A program made the translations under genes and the position numbers. Positions 24,012-38,348 of a DNA stretch of 64,000 bases are shown piece after piece (position 1 is the first letter of the stretch; every line of letters starts with the position of its first letter). The notes beneath the pieces were generated by a model that saw nothing but the letters and a program-made list of their open reading frames with translations, was not told the origin of the DNA and did not search any database. The stretch is from Macrostomum lignano (Eukaryota), in contig NIVC01001298.1 in NCBI GenBank assembly GCA_002269645.1, positions 253,963 to 317,962 of the forward strand, in the 5' to 3' direction.

Positions 24012-24668
24012 TGCCTTCTTCATTTTGCATCGGTCATCGGTTAGTTCTTTTCTAATTATTGTCTTCAGTTTTTTAGTCCAAGAAATGGTTACACTTTGCA
24101 GATGCTGATATGCAGCCTCGGGGTCTTCTCCCAGCATGATATTTAGTGCCTGCCCTAAGAGTACCACTGTACAGAGTCAGCCTCAATCTGGGTAGAAGAC
24201 TCAGGTTGAGATGGGTCTGGGATAGATCATGACAGGCACTCATGACACCCATTCTCTCCCTGCTCACAAGTCTGCAAATAGAATGAGCGAGTTTACAACG
24301 CCTCGCGTGAGCGGGTTGGGAGAAAAACAACTTGTTTATTATCTGTCTACAACCATGTCTGTAATGTTGAACAGTAACATGGCACTCAAGACAGTATGGC
24401 TATTACATAACACACTTTCAATCATAACACTATTATCGCACATCTACGAAAGTAAGAAAAAATTTACATTTCTCCAAAAATTATTCATGAATAAACAATA
24501 GGTTGTTTTAAAAAAAGCACAGCTTCAAGACATATCCTTGATGCAGGGACCAAAGATTAAATCTTGGTGCGTCCAAGAGGTCACTTAACAATACTAATTT
24601 TTTTATCAAATTTCTCAGACATAAAATTAATTGAGTTTAGATCGACGTCAAGAAAAATAGCTCCAGCA

Positions 24669-25694
24669 TCAGGCGACGAGTCTGAAGAACTGCTGGATCT
24701 CCTCGGCACTCATGGACCTGTTGGCGATGGCCACCGCACGCACAACTCCGCTTAATAAACGAGAAAGAGAGTCCTCAGGTCTCGGCCTGTGACCGATGTA
24801 CATCCGACAGCAGCGGTTTGGCATGCTGAACGATTTGTCAGCTGAGCTGGTCGGCACAAAGGACTCGTTGAAGAACAGCCGAGAAGCCACTCGGGAGCTT
24901 CCCAGCACAAAGCCGACATTGATCCAGGCGGAACTCTCGCTGGGCAGCAGGTTTGTGGCGGAAAAGACGGTGGGCTGCAGACTCCCAACCGGATGAAAAT
25001 ACAGCTGACGGGGCTCGCCAAACTCCCAAAAGTGAGGCCCCATTCGTGGCAAATCATCAAAGGACGCCGCCTCCATGAAGGGCTGGATCTTCGGCTCCCT
25101 CCTGAGCCTCATCAACCACGTGAAGCTGGCCGACGGATCGCTCGAGACGAAGCGGCTGTCGTTGAGCAGCGCGTACGACGATGTCCCGTCGAATCGGGCG
25201 CCCTCCTCAGTCCACTGCAGGTTCGCGCTCTCCAGTCGGTGGCTGCCGCCGCCGCCGCTGTCGCTCTGGCACACCAGGTTGCTGAACTGGCTGCTCCCAC
25301 CTGCCAGCCACACGCCCATCAGCTGAGCGTCGAGCGAGGCGTCGCAGCTCGCCAACGACAACGCGCGATACACCGAGCACTGCGACTGCTGCACTGCAGC
25401 TCCAGCTCCGATCGCGACGGCACCGCTTGCCTGCATCGTGCGACACACCTGCTGGTAGTGGAAGAGCGAGCACACACCTGTCTGCTTGTTCCACTCAAGC
25501 ACCAGGTCGTCAGGCTCGCTGCTCGCTTTCAACACGCAGGCTTGCAGGCTTTGCGCGCTCCATCGAGTCAGCGCCGAGGTCTCGTTGAGGCAGTGCGGCA
25601 TCCGGTACTGGCACCAGCGTCTGCTGCAGCCTGCAGTCAGAACCGTAGCTACAGAAGTCCAGGCTAACAGAATTACCGGCAGTGCAGCAACCAT
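24669..25694 (-). CDS. Secreted PAN-like + LamG protein copy 3, 341 aa, with divergent C-terminal half
   Basis: Near-identical to copies 2 and 4 up to QPFMEA, then strongly divergent but with the LamG pattern kept (FFNES, YIGHR, LSGVVRAVAIANRSMSAEEI). Confidence 0.8.
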   Translation of the reverse strand: MVAALPVILLAWTSVATVLTAGCSRRWCQYRMPHCLNETSALTRWSAQSLQACVLKASSEPDDLVLEWNKQTGVCSLFHYQQVCRTMQASGAVAIGAGAAVQQSQCSVYRALSLASCDASLDAQLMGVWLAGGSSQFSNLVCQSDSGGGGSHRLESANLQWTEEGARFDGTSSYALLNDSRFVSSDPSASFTWLMRLRREPKIQPFMEAASFDDLPRMGPHFWEFGEPRQLYFHPVGSLQPTVFSATNLLPSESSAWINVGFVLGSSRVASRLFFNESFVPTSSADKSFSMPNRCCRMYIGHRPRPEDSLSRLLSGVVRAVAIANRSMSAEEIQQFFRLVA

Positions 25695-27569
25695 TTTTCC
25701 ATTTACTGTGTATTAGAGAAAATACTTGTTTCACGACTCAAAGCTATCAGTACCGAGAGAGTTTTTCGGCTTTCTTCCATGTTTTATCAGCGGTCTGTTT
25801 GCAGACGTTGCGGATTTAGCTCGAGCAATAGTCAGTTTCTCGGAGTCACTGCAGCTTTTAGCTTTCACTATTTGCTTGATGTTGCTGCTTGGCGCGTTTG
25901 CTCAACAGAAGCCAGTTAAGGCAGGACTGGTGTTTGCTTCTGCAATGTGTAGATAGAATCGACGCCGACGCTACTTTTATCCTATCAGTATCACGTTCCT
26001 ATTTTACGGATGATGATGGTCCAGTACGGACCTGACATATAGGATATGTTTTATTCATGTAAAGATTCGTACCCTCACTGTTCCATGCAATTTCAATGTT
26101 AGCCTTGGATTTTTGCAACTATATCTTAACTCTCAAACGAAGTCACTAACGACCGCAGGCTTTCCCTCTGTCTTCAAGACTCGAAGGGCTAATCCAATCC
26201 ACAACAGAATTCTGCGCAGTCCATCAGACTCAGCAACAAAACTATCGAATTGGGGTTCGCGTATGAGCTCGTTGGTAGGTTGCCTGCAGAGTCAACAGGT
26301 CCAGGAGATGCATCAGTGGAGTCGCCGATGGCACAATAGACGGACCAGGCCGGCGCGGCGACAGAGTGTCGTTTTGGTGACTCACCTCGCTTGTCGGTCA
26401 TCTTGAAGCTTCTCGGCATAATCAACAAGCAAATGATCACGTGAGCAATAATGACGTTGACAGCGGCAGGTAACGCAAATTCAGAGCACATGCATAAGCG
26501 ATCGCCTACTAACAGTAGCATGATAAGAATGTGAATCAAAACTATTAAATAGTGGTTAAAAAAGTTGCGAGTAGCATATGATAATAGAACTTTGAACGAG
26601 CTGATGAAAAGGAAAGACCTTGAAACTGATCCAGGACCTTAAAAGGCTTCTTCTGCACTGAAAAAATGGTGACAGAGAAAATAATATAACTGAAAGCCAT
26701 TACCCATTACAAAATGGCGTTAACTATATGGTAAAATTATTTTAATACTATTTTAAATCTACAAACTACAATAGTTACTTACTAGCAAAATAATTTGCGA
26801 AGTTTAAATTTTTTTGAAAAATAAATAAATTTTTGACTTCATGTTGTTAAAGTTTACTTTTTAGCTGCTATTTTTGGATGGATTAGTGAGAGTTAATAAG
26901 AAAATTTACAGTTTTATTATAGTGGACTTGACATCTCAGCCATTCCCTCCGTATGCCTTGACATCTCAGCAATTCTCCCATTAGCCTTGGCGTATCAGCA
27001 TTCTTGCATGCCCACAAGCCAGTGTATATTGCAATACTTACATACTAAATAGAAGAGTATTGCCATAAACTAAAGTCACACAGTATCACAATTTACAGCC
27101 TTGGTGTTGAGAGTGAGCTTGGAATCAGCTTTAGAGTCCTGCTACTCACTGTTGGGTATAGAACAGATTGTCTGTACTAAAGGGCATGCGAATGGTCTAA
27201 CAAAAAATTAGCTTTCTCTAAAAGAAGAGATTAATTAAAATACCAATGCAATGTAATCAGACAGAGATGAAGATTAAATTATTACACAGAACCTTCTTGT
27301 TCTGCACTTATTGTCAGGTTCTCCAACAAGCAAGTGAATTGAAATGATTAAGTTTTACTGGTAAGAGCCGTAGTTTTCGAACCCTTCTCCCGGAATATCT
27401 GAACTCACTGTGCGATCACCAGAGAAATTCTTCGTATCGCCCTCTCACCATGCTCTAAATGAGACAGAAACTTTCATGTCAAAAACAAAAAGTTACTTCT
27501 GCATCTTTAGCTACTAATCTTTGAGCGTAAGCTTGACTAAATGCACGTGGAGCCCATGCACTTTAAGAG

Positions 27570-27671
27570 AGGTTGTAGCCTAGTGGTTATAGAGGGTCGG
27601 GGTTCGATTCCCGATCCCCATAGAACAATTTGTGTCCTTGAGCAATACACTTATCTCCACAGATTGCTTCA
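27570..27671 (+). mobile_element. Truncated tRNA-derived SINE
   Basis: TGTAGCCTAGTGG A-box, GGTTCGATTCCC B-box, and the TTTGTGTCCTTGAGCAA core shared with 56497 and 62847. Confidence 0.75.
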
Positions 27672-28560
27672 CAGTGATTTGAAAATTACCACACACTAAT
27701 AGAGCAACATATCTGTTCATCAATTCATCATTTTAATCTTTTTATCTCAAGCCATCTATTTACACTATCAAGAAATGGTGAAACAAAGAGAAGTTACAGA
27801 CTTCTTCAAATCAGGAAAATCAGCGTTGGAGTGACTAAAGCACATGCGGGATGTCCAACAGGCTGTGGACAGTGTCCCGAAGTCAAATCTGCCGCGTCTT
27901 CAACGGACTTCTGAAAGGCGTGAGAGCTTGCAGAAGACACTGTGTTAATATTCAAGATCACCATTCATAAGATCACTGGTCCGTGATCTGCAGCGGAAGC
28001 ATGTGCCTGCTAGGTTGGTCTCACTCCAGAGCAACGCACGACTGCATGTGTCAGCGAGGAGAAAGAAGCATCTTATGACAACTTCACACAACTTATTACA
28101 ATGATTCATGTTCCTGCCGGCCTCTGTAACTCTGTTAACATGACTTATTGTTTAAATTCAGCTTTTTTCTCCTACACAAGTCGTGAGAACTTTCAGGTTA
28201 AAATCCTGACTTATGTTTAGAAGCTAATTTCTCATTCTACTCGCAGGTCACTCTCTGTCACCCACTCTGAATTCGATGTCACTCCTCCAGAAATGTTTAT
28301 CAATATAGGTAAAGAGACCATTTTGGAATTCAAAGCGGTTCAAACATCGACTGTTTTTTTATTTATGATTCAAAAACTGTTGTCGCACAAAAAGCGGTTA
28401 TAAGATGTTATTATCCTGATAAGCCCCTAGTGTTGTAATAAAAAAACAGTCAAACCATGTACGAGCTGACTATAAAGACTCAATCCAGTACCAAAGTACT
28501 CGTATTAACGAAGCTATTCAAAAGTTGATACAAGCGTAAAATTTATTCGGACTTAAAAGT

Positions 28561-29586
28561 CTACGGCACGCTGCTGAAGAAGTCTCTCATCTGCTGCTCA
28601 GTCAGCGAGGCGTTGGCGATGGCCACAGCCCGCACCACTCCCTGCAGGAAGGCGCCGCCCTCAGCGAACCGGCGGCCAACAGACACGATGTAGCACGGGA
28701 ACGAAGTCCTATCGTTCGAGCCTGAAGCTGTGCTGATAAATTCTCCGTTCAGGTAGAAGGCATGGAACGACTGGCTTGATCCGATGGAGACTCCGATGTC
28801 AATCATTGTGCTCGCGTTTGCAGAAATTGCGTTCACATTGGAAACCATGGTCAAATGCCGGTTAGCAGTGATGCTGATCGTGCTGAAGTACATTCTTCCA
28901 ATCGTATCAAACTCCCACAGGTGAGGTCCGAGTGTAGAATAATCCGAGCAGGGCACAGCCTCCATGAAGGGCTGAATCCTCGGCTCCCTCTTGAGCCTCA
29001 TCAGCCAAGTGAAGCTGGCCGACGGGTCGCTCGAGACGAAGCGGCTGTCGTTGAGCAGCGCGTACGACGATGTCCCGTCGAAGCGGGCGCCCTCCTCAGT
29101 CCACTGCAGGTTCGCGCTCTCCAGTCGGTGGCTGCCGCCGCCGCCGCTGTCGCTCTGGCACACCAGGTTGCTGAACCGGCTGCTCCCACCTGCCAGCCAC
29201 ACGCCCACCAGCTGAGCGTCGAGCGAGGCGTCGCAGCTCGCCAACGACAACGCGCGATACACCGAGCACTGCGACTGCTGCACTGCAGCCCCAGCTCCGA
29301 TCGCGACGGCACCGCTTGCCTGCATCGTGCGACACACCTGCTGGTAGTGGAAGAGCGAGCACACACCTGTCTGCTTGTTCCACTCAAGCACCAGGTCGTC
29401 AGGCTCGCTGCTCGCTTTCAACACGCAGGCTTGCAGGCTTTGCGAGCTCCATCGAGTCAGCGCCGAGGTCTCGTCGAGGCAGTGCGGCATCCGGTACTGG
29501 CACCAGCGTCTGTGGCAGCTCACACGGGATTGCGCAACTGCAGCGGCAGCTGCCAAAAGCAAGAAAATGAAAGCAAAGATCTGCAT
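28561..29586 (-). CDS. Secreted PAN-like + LamG protein copy 4, 341 aa
   Basis: Distinct signal peptide (MQIFAFIFLLLAAAAAVAQ) with the same core; the C-terminus is close to copy 2 with patchy substitutions. Confidence 0.8.
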   Translation of the reverse strand: MQIFAFIFLLLAAAAAVAQSRVSCHRRWCQYRMPHCLDETSALTRWSSQSLQACVLKASSEPDDLVLEWNKQTGVCSLFHYQQVCRTMQASGAVAIGAGAAVQQSQCSVYRALSLASCDASLDAQLVGVWLAGGSSRFSNLVCQSDSGGGGSHRLESANLQWTEEGARFDGTSSYALLNDSRFVSSDPSASFTWLMRLKREPRIQPFMEAVPCSDYSTLGPHLWEFDTIGRMYFSTISITANRHLTMVSNVNAISANASTMIDIGVSIGSSQSFHAFYLNGEFISTASGSNDRTSFPCYIVSVGRRFAEGGAFLQGVVRAVAIANASLTEQQMRDFFSSVP

Positions 29587-30329
29587 TGCTCAGCTGTGTG
29601 TCACAGAAGTGTAAGGAAGCAGGAGACGTCTGGCTGCTCTCCCCAAGTTCTATCCTACTTTATATTTGCTTATTAACGTATGGGCAGGATTCATTTTCAG
29701 ATGTTGCTATGCAATCTAAGCCTTGGGGGGGTATCACCGGTGGGTTTCTGTTTCCTCTTCCGAGACAATGCAAGCGAAGCTGAAAGCGTGAAGGCTGCAA
29801 GGCAAGCCATAGAATTTGTGCTGCATCATTTTTTGTTTAGCTCCGGGCCGTGTTGCAGTCGATCATTTTCAGTATTATTCATCCATAGCGTGCGACGCAT
29901 GGATAGCGTTCATGGGAGATCTGATGCATGAGAGATCTGATGCATGGGAAAGCTGATGCATGGGTGAACCTCTGGCTTCTTTATTTGCAGTATTCAATGT
30001 GCATAGAGCTAAGTGGCTGACTCAGTGTGCTGCTTTCAGTCCGCAATTGCAGCGCCTGAATGGCTGTGAAGTGGCAGTCTGGATGGCAGTATATTGAGAT
30101 AAGCAAAACCCCTGGTGATCGAACCAGTGCCTGAGCTTCTATATCTGTTCCATATAATATTGTCGTATACAGAGCCTACGATACTACTTATTAGAGTAGA
30201 TTGCTGAGCGAGTAATCATGATTACCCGTCGTGGAATAGATGTGGAATATTGTAGAATGCATTTTTTATATTTGATAATTATAATGAACATTTCGATAAC
30301 AATATGAACCGGTTCTGACAGTATTGGTC

Positions 30330-30487
30330 TTCATGACAAACATATCGCTGGCGGCCCGCCCAGGGCCCACTCTCGGCACGCTTGCACAGATTGATGCAGT
30401 AGTGGCTGTTGGTCCTCACTCCAGCGCTCACCACCTTGGGCAGGTCGCGGGCTGCGTTGTCGATGAAGCAGCCAAGATAAGCTGAGC
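30330..30487 (-). pseudogene. WSC-domain-like exon or fragment
   Basis: The minus strand reads AYLGCFIDNAARDLPKVVSAGVRTNSHYCINLCKRAESGPWAGRQ, matching the WSC pattern YLGC..D...R.L......C...C.....AG.Q. No complete gene was assembled. Confidence 0.55.
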
Positions 30488-31039
30488 TTGTGGATAAAAA
30501 TCATTGTCGCTGTACCAGCCTTTGCACGCCATGTTAGTTTGTCAGTTGTTGCTGATCAAATCGCAGGTAATTTTCTCCCCGATCTCGAAAGAAACTTAAG
30601 AGCAAAGATTTGGCCCAGAAGCAGACACCTTATTTATAAAGTATCAATATTCTATAGACACGTGGACGTAAATCTCATTGTAGGATTTAGAGCCAGCTGC
30701 AATAGCCAGCCTTTGCACGTCATTTTAGTTTAACTGTTGTTGCCAATCGAACTAATTTTTGCGCTCTCGTGCTTTTGCGTTTGACGCAGTCTTCAGCATG
30801 CAGGAATAATTAGATAGTAATGCTCACCGAAAAAGTTGGATATCGCAGAAATTAATCTAATCGGTCTATTTTGAAAGTTTTCGCCTTGATATAGCCGTAA
30901 TATTTTCAGAATCTTACGTTCACTGGCTTAATTTACTCAACATTTTTACCTCCATTAGCGTGCCAAAACCGTTTCAATATTTCACTATCTGCTGTGTGTG
31001 GGCTCAATCAGTGCTATCGATATGTGAGCCACCACAGTA

Positions 31040-31878
31040 CTTTTATTTGTACAAAGTATAAGCTCTGCAGAGCGAAATAAAAAGTAATTCGTTTAGCAAG
31101 ACACTGGGCTTGAGCGCTGAAAATATACAAGCAGAAGGCTCGACCGCGTTACATTCATGACTCCGTCCCCCTAGTGCTACGTAACAGTGGCGTCACAAGC
31201 ACTGGTTACAAACAGTTACAGGGACAATGTCAAAGTCGCCAACAAAATCTCCAAGCCATCGCGCTGTCCTGGTGACCGGAAACGGCACAAAGTCACCGAG
31301 CAAGATCACGAGGCTGTCCAAAGTCAAGGCGTTCTCCATACATCAGGGTTGAACGAGATTGAGCGGCTAGAAGAGAGCAGCAATATCTCGACCACTGGAT
31401 GGATCGCTTTGATATCGCTGCACAGTGTTTTAGCTGGACTGACGCTAACAAGGCACGTGTACTGCTCTTGAGGATCTCTCCCCAGCTGTATGACAAGCTG
31501 GCCGATCATTTGGAACCGGAAAAACCTGGCAAGAAATCCTTTGCTCAGCTGAAAGAAGCACCGGAAGAAATCCTGCAGCCAAAGACATACGTATTGGCTG
31601 AAGGGTTCAACTTTCAAAATATCAGACGCGAAGCAACAGAGCAAGTTCGTGCCTTTTCCGAAAGACTGCTAAAGGGAGCGGAGAAGTGCGAGTTTTCAAA
31701 CAAAGACGAGCGGTTAAGAGATCACTTCATATGTGGTCTGAACAGCCAAGCAATTATCGGCAAGCTGATTATCAAGAACCATAAAGAACTGACGTTCAAG
31801 CAAGCTTTGCGTGAAGCCGAAGTACACGCAAGCCTACTGGAGACACCAAAAAATAATGAAGGCCGCACCAAGGACTGA
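31040..31878 (+). mobile_element. Degenerate Gypsy LTR retrotransposon 5' remnant (LTR end, PBS, gag)
   Basis: LTR-like end ...GTAACA (31186) followed by a GTGGCG PBS-like site. ORF 31399-31878 has gag motifs (AEKCEF, ERLRDHFICGL, KLI...ELTFKQAL). No pol follows. Confidence 0.75.
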
Positions 31879-33270
31879 TTCGGGTACAATCCGTAAGGTA
31901 AAGCCATAAATTTTTTTCCAATGAGAGATGCTCCCGATGCCATCTCATGAAACTGTCTGAAGCCGACGGACCCCTTGGATCTCCGATCTCCGACTTCTGA
32001 TTGCAACTGGCTATGGCTGCAGCGCCTCTCACCTTCGCGTCTTAATTCTAATGTCTACATTTATTAACGCAGTGTAGTATTATTTAGTGCTAGCAATCGG
32101 CGCCCCCCGTTGGGGAGGCAACAGAAAATGAGATAAAATTTTCAAATAAACGACATGTACTGGTAGCTTCTGACCTCTCAGCCTTGAAATCTCAGAAATT
32201 CTTAACAATAGTCACAGCATTATATTCGTAGCGATTCCCCCCGAGCTTTGACATCTCAGAGTTATTCCCCAGTGAATCTTAATTATGTTTGACATGACGC
32301 TTCTTTTATTGTTTAAATAACGCTTCTTTTATGTTTGACATGACGCTTCTTTTATTGTTTAAATAACGCTTCTTTTATGTTTGACATGACGCTTTTTTGT
32401 GTTTGACAAGATTTTTCTTTTTTATTGACTTTCTAGTTTTTATCTTTAACAATTATTTAATAAGAGTATATATACACTTAAAAATTGAACTCCCGTAGCT
32501 GCTTTATCAGTTCAAGTCTTTTCACATCTAAGCTCTCGGCATGAATCATCGTAGCATTTTTAATTCAAAACTCACATTAAGTTGGCTTAGTTACTCGATC
32601 CTAATTGTTGTCACATGAAGTATTTATGACGTAAAAGGTTTTTTTTGGTCAGTCAGTATCAGTCTCCATTAATTGGTCAACAATTTGGTTACGCAACCAA
32701 GTCTGGTGCTATTTGCTTCCACACTTTATTTTCAATACTGTGACTCAATTTAGTTGGACTCCCACTTCAGCCAGTAAACTGACGATAAACAAAATTAAAA
32801 GCCTGCAATGTGATGCAATCTTTATGAGAGTTAGAATTCAATCAGTCAGTTTTTTCGATGAAATAATTATGCTGGAGGCGCCTCAGTGCAGTCTTCACAA
32901 GCCTCTAAATTTCCTCAGCATGTCGAGCACATGTACCTACATCAGCTCACCCAGGCGGTGCTTCTGGACCTTCAACAGATAAAAGCAGGTGAATATGAAG
33001 ACCCTGTTGCGAATTTATCTAACGTAGCTGGCCAAAGCTCAACTGCTGGAAATCTTCAGCTGGTCTCTCTTTATATAATAAATACTCCTAAAAATATAAG
33101 TATTTTAATCGGCTGGTTTTTTGTTTGTTAAACTATAAAATTAAACCCATTTTTTGCAGAGTGTCTTGTCTTGAAAAATATAAAAATCTTATCGAGTTCA
33201 CTTTTCATAGAACTGAAAATCAAGTAGGAGCACTAATTACGATCAAAGATCATATATAAACCATGGAGGG

Positions 33271-35717
<2,447 letters not shown>

Positions 35718-36917
35718 TAAACCATGGAGGGAAGATTTCGGCTAGCGAAAGAGTTCATGATGTCTTTCACGCACGAGTGAACGTGAAGGAATCCCATTGT
35801 CGGATTATTCATCGTGCAGGAATGCACAAAACCGTGCAGGAATGCATTTCTGCGCCTAATGCTTTTTCAGGGAGATTTTACCATAGACATCCATTCCTGC
35901 ACGCAAAGGAGTGCAATAATGCCATTCCTGCATGGAAAATCAGCCGACAATGATATTTCTACGCTTAAAATCAGCCGTCGGTTTTAAAGCATCCTTATAC
36001 GGGGCATCATTAAAAGCATTCCATCTTATTCAGCATTCCAGCAAAGAGACTACACCTTTACTTGCATCGCCGCTCCGTTTGAATCTCCAATTAATGGCGT
36101 TGCATATAGAAAAATGTTGAAAAAGTAATTTAAATTGTATCTATGCTATTTATAGTAACTCTCGTTAGATTCCCCAAGTCTTAGAACTTTCTAGAAAGAT
36201 ACTGTATAAGTTTGTCTATGCCTAAAACTAAAGTGATTAAATCAGCCTCTGGCACCATCTTCTCTTAACTTTCCCCTTTTGCTCGTTGACTAAGAAATAT
36301 ACTCGATCAGCTACACTACTGCGTTTGAAAAGCCAACAAAAAAGACAAGAATCCGAAAGTTGCAAAGATTCATTGTAGTGAGTTGACTGCATGGGCATTG
36401 TATTTGCCAAAATGGGCTTAGCTAGGTCTCCAAAAGTCTATGCATTTTATGGTAGTTTCTTTAATTGGCATCCATCCAGATCTACATGCAACTGCTCTCT
36501 GAATCTCTTGAGTATGCTTTAGTCTTTGAATGGAAGCCAACCTTGTTAGTTAATGCGGATGAGCTGGTGAGGCCCTAGAGACATTTAACAACACGTTCTA
36601 AACTAGTGAAGGCATCTTCACCTGTCATGCGGTCTAAAAAGTCTGTCGTTAGTTTGCTTGATTTGCTCGATTGAGGGATCGGAATCCCTCAACCAAGGGC
36701 TCGTCATTGACAAAAGGGGCGCGGAGCCGAGGGAGGGATGATGATGAGGATGTTTTTTAGAATTCTTGCTTAGCAACGCATCGACTCAAGCAGCATGCAG
36801 TTTTCAACTAATTAGCGCCGCTGTAGCAGGCTTTCTGTTGCAAATAAGAAGGCCAACTCAAGTCAACCCAGAAATAGAAAGTCTTCACGCGTGCTTTTGG
36901 TAGCTTTCTTCTGCAAC

Positions 36918-38080
36918 ATGTCTGCTTTTCCTATTGCTGCTGCAGTTCTCTTGAACTGCGTGTCTCCGATTCTGACTGCCACCAGGTCACAGTCGGGTAG
37001 GTCTATTGTAAAATTTGCTTGCTGAAAGCCTACTTGATGCGTGAAAAATTGGAAGACAATTTGTTTTCATATTTCAGTGCTCTCGGCTGCCGAGGCTTCG
37101 CCAACCATAGCTGCTTCGATGACGTCAGAGCCTGGTCGAAGCGTTGCCGACTGCGCGATGAAATGCGAGCCCCCGCATATGCAATACTGCTCCGCCTTTG
37201 CCTTTGTCCCAGAGAGTAAGCTCTGCCTGCTCACGGAGGCGCAGAATGCCGACTTCGCATCCGTCGCTCCTAGCGGCTTGGTTTATCGAAAGAGCATCGA
37301 TAGCGATAGTGAGTTGTGAGAAATTTAATGTGATTTCAAACAACTACTCGAATAAACTGTGGCTTGTATTAATTAAAAGGCATAAAAAATTACACTGAAC
37401 ATATTTACATCCAGCATCAAATTTTGCGACTATTTCAGAAAAGCTGGTTGTGATTGACGGCAAGAAATTCCAAGTGATCCAGCACAAATCGAAGGGCGAG
37501 CTCAGCTTTGCCAGGGGATGGACTCAGTATGAGGACGGATTTGGAGATGAGACAGACTTCTGGATCGGTGAGCAGAGTTAATTATTTTAATGAGATGCTA
37601 TGTACGGAAGAACGGTATACGGCAGTAACAAAAGCAACTGTAATTTTAGGTCTTCGCACAATCCACGAGCTGACTGGTAGCTCACCGAAGCTTCTACGAG
37701 TTGAGGCGGTCACCTGGTCGGATGAGCTCTACGTCAGCGAGTACTCCGGCTTCTCTGTAGCCGATGCCAGCACAGACTACAGAATGACCTACACTTCGTA
37801 CCTGAGTGACAGCTCCAACACGACTGGCGATTCGTTTACCAATATGAAAGGAATGCAGTTCTCCACTATGGACCGCGACAACGATATGAGCTCTTCTGGC
37901 TTTTGTTCCAATGGCCGCGGAAACTCAGGCTGGTGGTTCAATCACTGCGGAAATTACAATCCGAACGGGGTCTATCAAAACTCTGCGGTGGTTCATCCTT
38001 CAACCATGCACTGGGGTGGCACCGCAGCCCAGCATAGTACTGCGCTGAAGAGCATTCGGATGATGATCCACCTGGCTTAA
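36918..38080 (+). CDS. Secreted PAN/apple + fibrinogen-related domain (FReD) protein, 289 aa, 4 exons
   Basis: Exons 36918-36996, 37078-37308, 37439-37567 and 37650-38080 are all phase-compatible. Signal-peptide-like start; PAN (DCAMKC...CSAFAF...LCLL); FReD (VIQH...SFARGWTQYEDGFG...FWIGLRTIH, MQFSTMDRDND, GWWFNHC...NPNGVY). Confidence 0.9.
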
Positions 38081-38348
38081 TGTCGCGTAGCTGGAGACAA
38101 TTGTTAACTAAAAATGAGTGTACTTTCTGTGTGGTAGTTCGTTTACGTCTTGTCAGTGAACTACTCAATGCTAGGGACGGGAAAAAAATTAAAGGCCGAT
38201 CTATTAATGACTTAATAATTAAAAACCTAATCCAAGTCATGGCTTTGGATGACTAAGTATTGAGTAGTTTCTTTCTACAATATTTTAGAATCCCAGATAT
38301 AATGTACTCGTACTAACTACTATTATATCCAATTCCTAAAAACGCATT

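Noticed and set aside
21844-29676. Antisense ORFs of 224-273 aa over each PAN-LamG gene
   Set aside because: Shadows of GC-rich coding sequence; their recurrence follows from the identity of the gene cores.
36360-36900. Coding-like minus-strand stretch
   Set aside because: Multiple stops and no family motif recognised.
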